Source of the DNA: Andalucia godoyi And28
Taxonomy: Eukaryota; Protista; Jakobida
Length of the DNA: 64,000 nt
Reading direction: 5' to 3'
NCBI GenBank assembly: GCA_009859145.1
Contig: VRVR01000003.1
Location: forward strand, 1-64,000
How positions within the stretch are numbered: position 1 is the first letter of the stretch; every line of letters begins with the position of its first letter. A program made the position numbers and the translations under genes. Below are positions 43,898 to 54,078 of this stretch, in pieces. The notes beneath the pieces are model-generated. The model searched no databases, was not told the DNA's origin, and saw nothing but the letters and a program-made list of their open reading frames with translations.

Positions 43898-44623
43898 TTA
43901 CTGGGTGATCTGGAAAGAAGACGACTTGACGTCGTAGACAGCAGAGTGGGGGTGCTTGGATCCGCACTGTCCCTCGCAGATGGCAAGGTCAACCTTGTAG
44001 GTACCCGGGCTGAACGGCTCATCCTCGGACGGCTGTGCCTGGAGCTGGAACTTGACACCATAGTTGCCTGGTGCAAATCCTTCATTGAGAGAACCATCTC
44101 CGAAGCCCGGACCATCAGGGGACTCAACGTCGATGACAATCTCACCTGTACCGGTCTGGTTGAAGACGGTGAACGTCATGGTGATGTCAAAGGTGGTTCC
44201 GGCAGGGCCCGAGGGCGGCTGGATGGCCACATTCTCGATCTTGGCGCAGGGACCCTCGCAGTCGTGGACGGGGCACGTCTTGAGGATTTCGCAGTACCAG
44301 ATGGGGTCGAGGTCGGCCTTCTGGATTGCCTTGATGAAGACTTCGATTCCAACAACGTCGCACAACAGGTTGCAGGCAGTGGCCTCAACCTTGTTGGGGA
44401 GCTTGGAGCACAGGTCAGAGCAGCCTCCGATCACTCCGGCGTTCAAGATGATGTTCAGGAGCTGGTTCAAGGCCTGGTCTGCGAACTGAACGCACAGCGG
44501 GCAAAGATCGAGCTGAACACGGGAAACTCCCTTGGGGGCCGACGTCACACGGACGGGGGACGCGGCATGCGACGCCGAGATGGCGAGAACTGCAATAAGC
44601 GCAAAGGCAGCAAGGAACTTCAT
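43898..44623 (-). CDS. Countin-like secreted saposin-B protein
   Basis: Signal peptide; CPLCVQF...GGCSDLC...CNLLCDVVGI...DPIWYCE saposin domain; C-terminal beta domain ending CEGQCGSKHPHS. Strongly biased codons. Confidence 0.85.
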   Translation of the reverse strand: MKFLAAFALIAVLAISASHAASPVRVTSAPKGVSRVQLDLCPLCVQFADQALNQLLNIILNAGVIGGCSDLCSKLPNKVEATACNLLCDVVGIEVFIKAIQKADLDPIWYCEILKTCPVHDCEGPCAKIENVAIQPPSGPAGTTFDITMTFTVFNQTGTGEIVIDVESPDGPGFGDGSLNEGFAPGNYGVKFQLQAQPSEDEPFSPGTYKVDLAICEGQCGSKHPHSAVYDVKSSSFQITQ

Positions 44624-45029
44624 TTTGTTCTCTAAGAAAAGGAGAAAAAAGAAGGAGAAAAAGAAAAAAGAAGAAAGAAGAGAAAAGTTTTACGAGAAGA
44701 AGAAGAGCAAGGTAAGCGCAGCTTTTTATTTACGCGAACGACGACAAACGACCAGGGGAAAAAAAGAAAAGTGACAGGCTGGGGGGGGGGGCGCGCGACC
44801 GGATACACAAAGAGTCTGTGCAGCGCATACATCGACGAGAACTGCGTTTTGCAACAAGCCGTCCGGATTTGTCAATTGGCCGATTTTGCTGCTGTGGAAT
44901 CCAGCCGTGTGACACGAATGTCGCAGCAACAACCGTTGAATAATAATAACACGTCATTGTCATGCATACGGGAGGAAGTATATATAAACAGACACGGTCA
45001 AATACTGGCCGACACTGGCACGTTTGCTT

Positions 45030-45321
45030 CACGGGAATTCAGCCTGTGACACCAGTTTGAGACCTCTCAGATGGTGCTCAAACACATCATCGTCGAATCC
45101 GCTGCAAGACTGCCAATCCCAGCAACGTTTGTTCCATAAGGCGACCGGGTATCGCGAGCGGCGGAAGCAACGTGTTTGCATGTCCCGCGTGCAGCTCGCA
45201 GATTGATCGAGATTGGAACGAAGCGCGGGACATCTATCTGAAGAACGCCGTGAGGCATGTTGAGGGCCTATCCCCTTCCCGGCAACGGGATGCAAGATTG
45301 AATATGCATGCCCATTCGTAG
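45030..45321 (+). pseudogene. Degenerate Fanzor2/IS607-TnpB C-terminal fragment (RuvC-II Glu region, zinc ribbon, RuvC-III)
   Basis: Frame 1, 45160-45246: GGSNVFACPACSSQIDRDWNEARDIYLKN, versus family pattern GGSKxFxCxxCxxxxDRDxNGARNIxxK. Upstream in frame 2: REFSL*HQF...HIIVES. Contains a frameshift and an in-frame stop. Not in the ORF track. Confidence 0.8.
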
Positions 45322-45360
45322 ATATGCATGCTCGGTGTATAATGTAGGCGTGAAACTCTC
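45247..45360 (+). ncRNA. Putative omega-RNA scaffold / element right end
   Basis: Directly follows the Fanzor remnant. Hairpin TCCCG-GCAA-CGGGA with GNRA loop at 45277-45290; AGGC/GCCT stem; self-complementary ATATGCATGC repeats at 45302 and 45322. Boundaries uncertain. Confidence 0.4.
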
Positions 45361-45674
45361 TGTCTTTTCGCGCTATGATGGGGTCGCTCTCACCTTTTTT
45401 TTAGCATCAAGTACACGAATGGCAAACCCCTCCCTTATTGAAACATGCGCTCGTGCCTTTTCGTGTCGGTTGTAGTCGGGCTGTCGGTCTCGTGCAAGAT
45501 AGCGGCTGTAAAAAACAACTTGGGCAACTCGCCCAGCTGGCTTGAATATTGTCATTTCTTCCCTCTTGCATTTTTTTCCTTTCTCTTTTATATTGTTTTG
45601 TTTTGCTTTGATTTGTTTCTGTTTTCTGTTTCTGTTTTCTGTTTTTTTAAAAAGAAAACATCCAAGAAATAGTC

Positions 45675-48305
45675 ATGTCTGTGGCCCCAAATCGCATTTT
45701 CACGGTGGATGCAACTCCGTCATCAGCAAAAGCAGAGTTTCGACAGCTTGCGATCGTGAAGAACAGTCCATGTTCGTATCCATCGCAACTTGGCCGCATC
45801 ATTGCTCTTACAGACAACTACTTTGCGTACATTGTGAAGCGCAAGACTGTGCGCATCGTCAGTCGCCAGAATGCAAAGTCTGCGTTGTGGGACGGTCTTG
45901 AGGAGCGCCGCATTCTCGAGATGACTGCACTCGCGTCCTCAGTCGATGTTTTCGCTGTTATCTTTGAGTCGGGACATCTTGTCCTGCTTTCTCCGTCATC
46001 TGGCCCTGACTCGGTTACTCTCCAGGCCAGCATTGCTGCCGAGACACCAGCAAAGGGAGCGTGGTTCTCGCGGATCGCTGCATCACCGGACGGCACTGCG
46101 CTTGCAGCTCTTGTTGTTTCGCCCAACACGGACCATCCTGGATTCAATCCATCCACACATACAGTCCATGCAACGACGGAGGATCATAGTGTTCATGGTG
46201 GAAATGCCAATGTTACTAACGCGCAGCTGCAGGCAAAAATGCACCAGCAAACCAACGGAGTTGAGAACGGCGAGTATTCGTATTCCATTGTCGTGTATTC
46301 GGTGCACGGCACAACGACTCTCGCAAGACGCGGTTCCACGGGACTGTCAAGTCCAATGATCCCGACGGGTGCGGGAAATGGGCTTTGGACTGATGTGTCG
46401 TTTTCAAAGGACGGGCGGCTGCTGGCTATGGTCAACACCGCAGGAACATTGGAAATCCGCGATGCCGATACGCTCGCGATTTCATTCCGATATCCCAGGC
46501 TTGGTGCACTGTTTAGCGTCAAGTTCACGCGGGATACTGACTGTGTGGTGCTGGGCGAGGCCCCCAGTGCTGGAAACAACAACAGCGGATGCGCAAAACT
46601 GTTCCATTATCCTACGGGACACACATTGTCCAAGTTGCTGTTCACCGTCGCAGGACAGAGCAAGCCGCTGTTGTGGGTCCCAGACACAGATGAGACAGGA
46701 CAGTGTGTGGTCGTCTGGAGCCCCAATCACCCAGTGATTGCCGTGTTGACGCTGTCTGGCTCAGGCTCCTCCCTGTCGTTTGCTGCGCAGCAGGCTCGCA
46801 CTGTAACCCTTGAACAACCAGCAATCTCGGTCTTCTCGATCTTCAAGATTCTTGATGGCGGTGCAGGAGCACGAACCGGACTGTTTGTAATGACAAACTC
46901 GAGCTTCGGCCTTAACTCTGTGACCTTGCAGCTGTCGACCTCGCAGCTTTCTTCTCCGACAAATCTTGGAACATCTTCCTCCCCTGCACCCGTGTTTGCA
47001 GCTGCGCCTTCACCCTCACCTGCGCCTTCAGTGACTGCACCAGGCTCAGGTTCTTCGTCTGCCGGAGCGATGAACTCTCCTGTGCCGAATCCCATGCCTT
47101 CATCCGCTGCCATTGGATCAGGAACGCCGTCGTTGCTCAGCAGCGCAATCCCCTCCATATTGAGTACGATGTTCGCAGCTGCTTCGATTTCTGGAGCAGC
47201 AGGATCCCAGTCCCCTCTGACTTCTTCTGGGGGCTCTGCACCTGCTTCTTCGGTGCTGTCCTCGGGCGCAGGCAGTTCTGTAGGTGCAACCGGGGCGCTA
47301 AATGGTCCAGTCTCATCTCAGTCTGGATTGGCAGGCTCTGCTCACTCTTCTGTTGCTCCTGGTGGCCCCGTTTCATACTTGCCTCTCTCTGCACCGCCTG
47401 CAGCGTCCATACCCCCTCCGATATTTTCGTCGCTGCAGAACTCCAGTGTTTCTCAAAGCCCCGAGAGCGCAGCGATGTCGTCGTCATCTTCGTGGAAGAA
47501 TAGACCTGCCGCGTCCTCTGCGGGTGTGTCCACTGCTGATATCGAGTTGTTGATCGACAAGAGAGTGAATGCGTACATGGAGTCGTTCCAGACTAGGGCC
47601 ATCGATAGCCTGAAGGCATCGTTCCGTCAGGTCTTCACGGAGACCATGGTTCCCTCCCTGGAGTCCTCTGTCCAGCGCATGTTTTCGCAAATTTCGACGG
47701 CACTGCAATCTGGTCTTTCTGAGGAGTTTGAGCAGTTCCGATCATCGGCAATGGTGGAAATTCAGTCGAGTGTGCAAAACAGTGTCAACCACGCGGTGTC
47801 AAATGCTTTTGCGGCTCTGAACAAGAATCTGAACTCCCAGCGAGCCTCCACCTCCGGTCCTGCTGTTGCTGTGCAAGAGAAGATGGATCCCGCGACGGTT
47901 GTGCAACGAGCACTAGACGCCCAGGATTTCCAGACCGCATTTTCCACGGCCCTGTCCTCGAACAACCTCCAGTTTGTTATCAAAACATGTAGCAAGTGCT
48001 CTGCAGAAACGGTATTGGCTTCGGGCGTACTTGCGCAGCCCATTGTGTTTTCGCTGCTGCATCAGCTTTGTGTCGATTTGACGACGGAGACTGCGCTCAA
48101 GATCGAATGGATTGAAAACGCTCTGTCTGTTCTTGAGGAGCCGAACGATAAGCTTCTTGGAAAAGCTCGCCCGGTTCTGACAAAGTCCCTGGAAAATCTT
48201 CGAGCCGCGAATGCATCGATCTTGGCGATGGGTGGAAAGACCCTCAAGTCCTACCGCATCATCATGAAGCTTCTGCCTCCGTTGTGTGTTGGAAGCAGTC
48301 AGTAG
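45675..48305 (+). CDS. EDC4: Enhancer of mRNA decapping 4 (Ge-1/Varicose)
   Basis: N-terminal Ge-1-type WD40 (LGRIIALTDNYFAY), Ser-rich linker, coiled coil, C-terminal AFSTALSSNN...QPIVFSLLHQLCVDL...KIEWI. Confidence 0.85.
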   Translation: MSVAPNRIFTVDATPSSAKAEFRQLAIVKNSPCSYPSQLGRIIALTDNYFAYIVKRKTVRIVSRQNAKSALWDGLEERRILEMTALASSVDVFAVIFESGHLVLLSPSSGPDSVTLQASIAAETPAKGAWFSRIAASPDGTALAALVVSPNTDHPGFNPSTHTVHATTEDHSVHGGNANVTNAQLQAKMHQQTNGVENGEYSYSIVVYSVHGTTTLARRGSTGLSSPMIPTGAGNGLWTDVSFSKDGRLLAMVNTAGTLEIRDADTLAISFRYPRLGALFSVKFTRDTDCVVLGEAPSAGNNNSGCAKLFHYPTGHTLSKLLFTVAGQSKPLLWVPDTDETGQCVVVWSPNHPVIAVLTLSGSGSSLSFAAQQARTVTLEQPAISVFSIFKILDGGAGARTGLFVMTNSSFGLNSVTLQLSTSQLSSPTNLGTSSSPAPVFAAAPSPSPAPSVTAPGSGSSSAGAMNSPVPNPMPSSAAIGSGTPSLLSSAIPSILSTMFAAASISGAAGSQSPLTSSGGSAPASSVLSSGAGSSVGATGALNGPVSSQSGLAGSAHSSVAPGGPVSYLPLSAPPAASIPPPIFSSLQNSSVSQSPESAAMSSSSSWKNRPAASSAGVSTADIELLIDKRVNAYMESFQTRAIDSLKASFRQVFTETMVPSLESSVQRMFSQISTALQSGLSEEFEQFRSSAMVEIQSSVQNSVNHAVSNAFAALNKNLNSQRASTSGPAVAVQEKMDPATVVQRALDAQDFQTAFSTALSSNNLQFVIKTCSKCSAETVLASGVLAQPIVFSLLHQLCVDLTTETALKIEWIENALSVLEEPNDKLLGKARPVLTKSLENLRAANASILAMGGKTLKSYRIIMKLLPPLCVGSSQ

Positions 48306-48325
48306 AATGAACATCGATAAAACCA

Positions 48326-48472
<147 letters not shown>

Positions 48473-48605
48473 CTGTCTGTTTGTCTGTCTGTACGGGATT
48501 TGATAATTTATTTTGTTGCTATATAACAGAGGAGGGGGAGAAGAATGAAAGATGCACCTGGATTCCTTGACAGCGCAAGAACGGAAAAACAGCCAAGCTG
48601 ATTTT

Positions 48606-49427
48606 CTAGGAATTTGCGATCGTTCTCCAACTTCGCTTCCAATTTGCCATATCGCTTTGGATAGCTCCCTTCCAATTCGTGTGTTTTAGGAACCGCAGAA
48701 TCTCATTCAAGCGCATTTGACAATAAGCCCGTGCTTCCGAGTGGCCAAGTTCCAAGATGATGACGTCCGTGACCTCTGGGACCAGAATTGAAAATTCCAC
48801 AGGACGACCCGTCAGGCTTTCCCGAATGAGAAACACCTCTTCATTCGACGGAAACGCACTTGTTTCTGCTGGCGGCATGTGGTGCGCAACACCCAACCCG
48901 CGCATGTCTGCATAATACTCCAAGACCCCCGAATAGTTATCCGCGCTCTTTTGAATATCCTGCGCAAGAGCATTCATCACGTCTGGTGCGGTTGCTTCTG
49001 AATAGCCAATCTCTGTTAGAAACGCCAAAACTCGTGTCTTTGCCTCTTCATCCTCCAACCGGACCTGTGGAATCACATCTGTTTCAAGATATCGCGGCAG
49101 AAACGCTTCGGCTGCCGGCAAGTCACCACCACCACCACCACCACCACTATCGCCTCCACTTCTTGTACCTCCTTCCCCTCCACTATTTGGACCAGTGCTA
49201 TTGCTCCCTGAAGAAAGTGCGCCGGGATGCACCGAAAAGCTTCTCAGAAACGGAACATTGTCTGCACAGGCAACCCGCATCAGCGATGCAATGACGCTGT
49301 ATTTGCGAACAAACTCGGGCCATTGGTCCAGCTGGTCAAACCGAAGCGCCTCAATGCTGCTGCGAACCTCGGAAAGATGAGACGCAAGAGTGCGAATCAT
49401 GTGGTTCAGGTCTGTAGACGCAGCCAT
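48606..49427 (-). CDS. MED8: Probable Mediator subunit 8
   Basis: QWPEFVRKYSVI...FLRSFSVHP and FLPRYLETDVIPQVRLEDEE resemble the Med8 core; carries an extra C-terminal region. Confidence 0.55.
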   Translation of the reverse strand: MAASTDLNHMIRTLASHLSEVRSSIEALRFDQLDQWPEFVRKYSVIASLMRVACADNVPFLRSFSVHPGALSSGSNSTGPNSGGEGGTRSGGDSGGGGGGGDLPAAEAFLPRYLETDVIPQVRLEDEEAKTRVLAFLTEIGYSEATAPDVMNALAQDIQKSADNYSGVLEYYADMRGLGVAHHMPPAETSAFPSNEEVFLIRESLTGRPVEFSILVPEVTDVIILELGHSEARAYCQMRLNEILRFLKHTNWKGAIQSDMANWKRSWRTIANS

Positions 49428-49828
49428 GGCTTAAATCAAATTAATCAACAAAAATAATAATAACAAAAATAATAATAATAACCAACAACAAAATGAAAAC
49501 AAAATGAAAACAGGCCAACTGCACAGATAGCCTTGAACCTGCTCCTAAACCAGATGCGACGGAATAAGAAACAGAAGCCAGGGCCAGGGAATAAGGAAAT
49601 ACGGAACCGTCGGTGCGTGGCGGATCCGATGTTCGCGCAGTTCACACGTTTTCACACGTAGCACAATCGCGAGTCAGAGAAAGAGATTATGCATGACACA
49701 AATAGGAAGAAGGAAAACATGCAGAGAAGGGGGACCTTTATTATGTTTATTTATTATTTTTTCTACAGGCGGAGAGAAAAGAAAAGAAAAAGGCAGATCA
49801 CTGCGAGGACGGATGCTGCTTCTTTTTT

Positions 49829-52800
49829 CTACGTGTTCATTCGGATAGCAGAATCCGGGTCCTCCGACGCATCATTCAAGCTCTGCTCAATGACGGCCAA
49901 AACGGGAGAAAACAGAACTTGTTCATCTTTTGAAAGTGCGGACTTGTCAAAGGTGTACCGACGACGCAGCGGATACTCACTCATCTCGATCCGCGAGAGC
50001 AGCTTTTCGGTCATATCCGTCTGTGCTGTCAGATATTTCCTGCGTCTCTGTTGTCCTGCAAGTTCTTCTGCGTGATCGCGAATCTTGATCGGTCGAATAA
50101 TGAAGATTTCTGCTAATTTCATCAAGAGAGTCAGAAGTCCCAAGAGACCAACCACAGAACCCAAAATCTGAGTAACAATAAGAAATTCCGGCTGGGCACT
50201 AGACAGCACGATCTCTTGCTTCACAGTAGAGATGGACAACGCTACTGCAATCGGAAACGTCTCCGCGGGAGAATCCGAGACTGACAACCTGGTCTGCCGG
50301 AGATGGGCCCCGTAACCGTGCTCCACGAAGCCTTTCAGTTCATTGTGGAACGTTACTTCTAGCAATTCGTAATTCACGACCAACGAAGCGGGATAGCTCC
50401 CATTCACACTCGTTGCAAAGTTTTGCGACGACACCTTCTCATTAATCCATGAGCAGGAAAGAGTAGAATTCACAGCATGCAGGGCAATAGCATTCCCTTT
50501 GGTTTGCAACGTATACGTAAATGTGAACAGCAGCTCCAAGTCTTGCGGAGCACAGTTTGTGCAAGACACCGCGATCACGCACACCGGATCTCCGTAGCTG
50601 CTTACACTTTGCGTAAATGTCGGGTTGTCCACAGCTATCGACACCGCAGAAAAACTAAATGCACTCGACTGGCACACCCCAGTAAACGCAAGCAATTCAA
50701 TATGCAAGTCGAACGTCACCGGGGGTAACTTCTCTTCGTTGATGGGCTGCAAGGTCTTCACGAGAAGCTGGTTGTTGTACATTGCGTTAAGGATCAGAGA
50801 AATTAGCAGACAGGGAGCCATGATGATGAACACAAACGAAAAAACGCCGCCGTTCACGGATGTTTTTTTGATCATGATGTGTCCAGGATAACAACCGTGA
50901 GTTCGACGGAAAAAAACGTCGCAAGACCGGAAACGACTCAGTGTAGCAGAAATGGATCTAAAATTGCACATCCAGGCAATAAGAGCAATGATTCCTACAA
51001 GCCCAACAAAAACTACACAGAAAATAATGGAAACCTTCAGTATCAAGGTTGGTGCATCCGTGAACGATATATCGAAGGTCGGGGCAGCGTACTGAAGAGA
51101 CTGGAAAGAAGCGAGAAAGAAGGAAGAAATCGCAAAAGGTGATCCAGGATTGCACACCGAGCCTACTGGGCAAGGAATACATCCTGCAGAAACAGTCGGA
51201 GAATAAAGATTCGCCGGGCAAGCGTAGCACTTGGCGGAACCAATCCTAGAAATCGACCCGTTCGAGCAAGTCTCGCAAGAGCCTGCACCAGGCAGGGCCG
51301 AAAACGTTCCGCTCGGGCAGAGATTGCAAACAGACGCTTGCGGCAAGGTCTGGTACTCACCAGGATTGCATAGTTGGCAAACATCCAAGTTTCCGCCTGG
51401 AGAGACTGATCCGGCCATGCACGGAGTACAGACAAACAGGGACTGGTCTGTATCGCTTATCGCATTCCCTGGAGGACATCCATTGTCAAACATCAGAGCA
51501 AAGGACACGTCTACAATGGACGTCTGCCATAGGCTGCAGAGAGAGAATGCGTCATTGGCCGACGGAAACACGAACGCAGAATCAACAAAAATGAGATCCG
51601 TTAATTGCAGTGGAAAGACTGTTGCCACGACAACCGGAGTGACGGTAGAATCGAAAAGCACAACAGCGGAGTCAAGTGCTGCAATCAGGGCGACAGCATT
51701 TGGCTCCGCTATGATGTCCAAAATGTCTGCAGACCCTTCATCAGCATTCGCAAGAGCAGCAGAAAGATCAACAATTTCTGCAATGGTCAGTGTGTCTGCA
51801 TTCAGTTCCATAATAACTAGATTGGAAAAGGCAATCCAGACAACGCTTTCGTCTCCGTCTTGTTCTTGGAAGACATCAATAATTGCAATATCTATCGCGC
51901 TCGAAAAAATGTTCGAATAGTACAAAAGCTGAATGTCTGTTCGCCCTCGAGCGGTAGGCAGACTGAAAATATGAGGAATTGCAGCAGTCGACTGGGAGGA
52001 AGCATCCTCCGCGCCAACAAGGATGTAAGGATCCAACGGATGATAGATAAACTGCATCATGGTAATGTAGCGATTGGAAACAACCCAGATTGGGCGACTC
52101 TCAATTCGGACTGGAGCACTACCAGTAATGTTGTACACAAACAACGTGGATTGTGCAAGAACATACAGTATGCCTGCAGTGCTGTCCATTGTACATCCGG
52201 CACCAAGGAAACTTGTCCCAGTCGACGAAGAATTAATCAAAACTTGCTGCGTATGGAGATTCAGGTCCATCCACACAACCGAGAAGCTGCATACAAAAAC
52301 CCAGTTTCTCTGAGTGGACAGAACATAGTCAACATACCTCTTCTTCACAAACACATTTGGATCATACATGCCAGCGATGGGTGTCTCGGAAACAACGTCC
52401 AGCGATGAAAATTCCAGTTGTCGGAGAAACGCAGTAGGATATCCGTGAAAAAGAACGTACAGCGAAGAGCTGTTTGCCAGGTTTCTGCTCTTTTCTGCAA
52501 ACTTGAGGATTCTAAGGTCCACGTGATTCATGTATTGCAAAACAGAACCGACACTCCATGAAAACATCTCTATGCTCTCACAAGTCACTGATGCGGGGCA
52601 CCGTCGCGTCTGGTTGACGACAAACGCAACCCACGAGCCCTCGGAATTCACGGCAGACGAGAGCACGTTGTTATTCAACGAAGGGTAAGGGCTGCTGTGG
52701 ACGAGCGAAAACTGGCATGTCGGAGCGCAAGAAAGGATGTAGGAATCCACAGAACCCGAGACTGCTAAGCTGTTGGTGTCACTGCGTGTTATGGTGTACA

Positions 52801-53710
52801 TGGTACCGCTCTCATCCGGAGCCAAGCTCTGAATGACGCCTGTCACGGGAAGCGTGGTGAACGCCAAAGAGGCTGCGTCGAAGGCCACCAGACTGTTGTT
52901 CTGATGCGAAACAATCAGTCCAGTCTGCGAATCAAAAAACAGGCGCCTGAGCGACTGACCAGCATAATTTGAGGTCTGGATCTGCGTACATACTGCCGCG
53001 GTAAATGAGGACAAAAGCGGTTGAAACATCACACCGCAGACCGCGGAATTCAGTCCTTGGACCAAGAAAAAAACCGAATCGACGGATACTGCAACAGACT
53101 GAGCGCTCGACAATATGGGAAACGGAAGAAGCAGGGGCTGGCAGACCGGGGCGCTCGGCGTAGTTTGCGAAAAGCTGGACAGAGCGACCGCACACAACGA
53201 TGCATTGCCAAAGACGCTCGACTGCGCAATAAAGGACACTAGACCAGGCATAACCGAAATACCGTGTAGCGCGACACTGTTCATATCTGTCGACACGAGC
53301 ACCTGGCTTGTTTCTAGCGACGGAACGGCAACTTGCCACAACACTCCACTGTCTGTTCCGATGATAAAGGACGGCACGCCAAATGAGTTCAGCACAAACG
53401 TCGTTGGGAAGATTCTGGCAAAGCTTTCGAAACCAGGAGACAACGAAGCGAACGAAAACGATGTGTGGTTGGGAAGTAACCTCAGATCCCACCGAAGTAT
53501 CTGAGGACCAATTCCTCTCTGAGACAAGCAGTATATAGCATTCTTATCTGAAGGATGAGATAACGGATGGATCAGACATTCCTCTGTTGGAAACGCTTGA
53601 ATTCCGCGCACTGGGTTTGTTGGAACAGCTGCCTGAGCACCAAGAAGAAGCGCAAGAACGAAGCAATACAGTGCGGAGAACACAGCTGTCGGTCGAGAAT
53701 TCACTCCCAT
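49829..53710 (-). CDS. Large receptor-like membrane protein: signal peptide, beta-rich ectodomain, Cys-rich GCC2/GCC3 (ephrin-receptor-like) repeats, three TM helices
   Basis: CTPCMAGSVS, CQLCNPGEYQ, CNLCPSGTFS, CYACPANLYS repeats. Hydrophobic segments at about 50972-51046, 50777-50851 and 50096-50184. Confidence 0.75.
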   Translation of the reverse strand: MGVNSRPTAVFSALYCFVLALLLGAQAAVPTNPVRGIQAFPTEECLIHPLSHPSDKNAIYCLSQRGIGPQILRWDLRLLPNHTSFSFASLSPGFESFARIFPTTFVLNSFGVPSFIIGTDSGVLWQVAVPSLETSQVLVSTDMNSVALHGISVMPGLVSFIAQSSVFGNASLCAVALSSFSQTTPSAPVCQPLLLPFPILSSAQSVAVSVDSVFFLVQGLNSAVCGVMFQPLLSSFTAAVCTQIQTSNYAGQSLRRLFFDSQTGLIVSHQNNSLVAFDAASLAFTTLPVTGVIQSLAPDESGTMYTITRSDTNSLAVSGSVDSYILSCAPTCQFSLVHSSPYPSLNNNVLSSAVNSEGSWVAFVVNQTRRCPASVTCESIEMFSWSVGSVLQYMNHVDLRILKFAEKSRNLANSSSLYVLFHGYPTAFLRQLEFSSLDVVSETPIAGMYDPNVFVKKRYVDYVLSTQRNWVFVCSFSVVWMDLNLHTQQVLINSSSTGTSFLGAGCTMDSTAGILYVLAQSTLFVYNITGSAPVRIESRPIWVVSNRYITMMQFIYHPLDPYILVGAEDASSQSTAAIPHIFSLPTARGRTDIQLLYYSNIFSSAIDIAIIDVFQEQDGDESVVWIAFSNLVIMELNADTLTIAEIVDLSAALANADEGSADILDIIAEPNAVALIAALDSAVVLFDSTVTPVVVATVFPLQLTDLIFVDSAFVFPSANDAFSLCSLWQTSIVDVSFALMFDNGCPPGNAISDTDQSLFVCTPCMAGSVSPGGNLDVCQLCNPGEYQTLPQASVCNLCPSGTFSALPGAGSCETCSNGSISRIGSAKCYACPANLYSPTVSAGCIPCPVGSVCNPGSPFAISSFFLASFQSLQYAAPTFDISFTDAPTLILKVSIIFCVVFVGLVGIIALIAWMCNFRSISATLSRFRSCDVFFRRTHGCYPGHIMIKKTSVNGGVFSFVFIIMAPCLLISLILNAMYNNQLLVKTLQPINEEKLPPVTFDLHIELLAFTGVCQSSAFSFSAVSIAVDNPTFTQSVSSYGDPVCVIAVSCTNCAPQDLELLFTFTYTLQTKGNAIALHAVNSTLSCSWINEKVSSQNFATSVNGSYPASLVVNYELLEVTFHNELKGFVEHGYGAHLRQTRLSVSDSPAETFPIAVALSISTVKQEIVLSSAQPEFLIVTQILGSVVGLLGLLTLLMKLAEIFIIRPIKIRDHAEELAGQQRRRKYLTAQTDMTEKLLSRIEMSEYPLRRRYTFDKSALSKDEQVLFSPVLAVIEQSLNDASEDPDSAIRMNT

Positions 53711-54078
53711 ACCTCAGGCAAGAGAAAGGTCAGAAATGCAATAGTAAATGTCCTTTCTCTTAATTAAAAAGACTTTAATTCTTGCATGGAAAAAGAAAAG
53801 GTTGGGGGAAAAACCACGCTGTTTTTGCTGCAGTCTGAGTTCCGATGTGGGATCTTTTGCATGATAGCGAGGCAAGCGCACTCTTCTCCGACGTCGGAGG
53901 AGCGCATTCCCAAAATCCCCGACAAACCCTACCAAGCTATCACGGATCGGGCAAGTGGGTTTTTGTGTGCATGTCGGGAATTTTTTTCAGTGTTTTTTTC
54001 CTTTTTCTTTCCGGTCATTTTTTATAAAAGGAAGAAATCGGGGATTAAGAAACGGCGACAGTAATCAACGCGGCCTGC

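Noticed and set aside
43946-44635. Long antisense ORF over countin (similar ones at 58191-59147 and 61947-62978)
   Set aside because: Shadow frames produced by codon bias and repeats of real opposite-strand genes.
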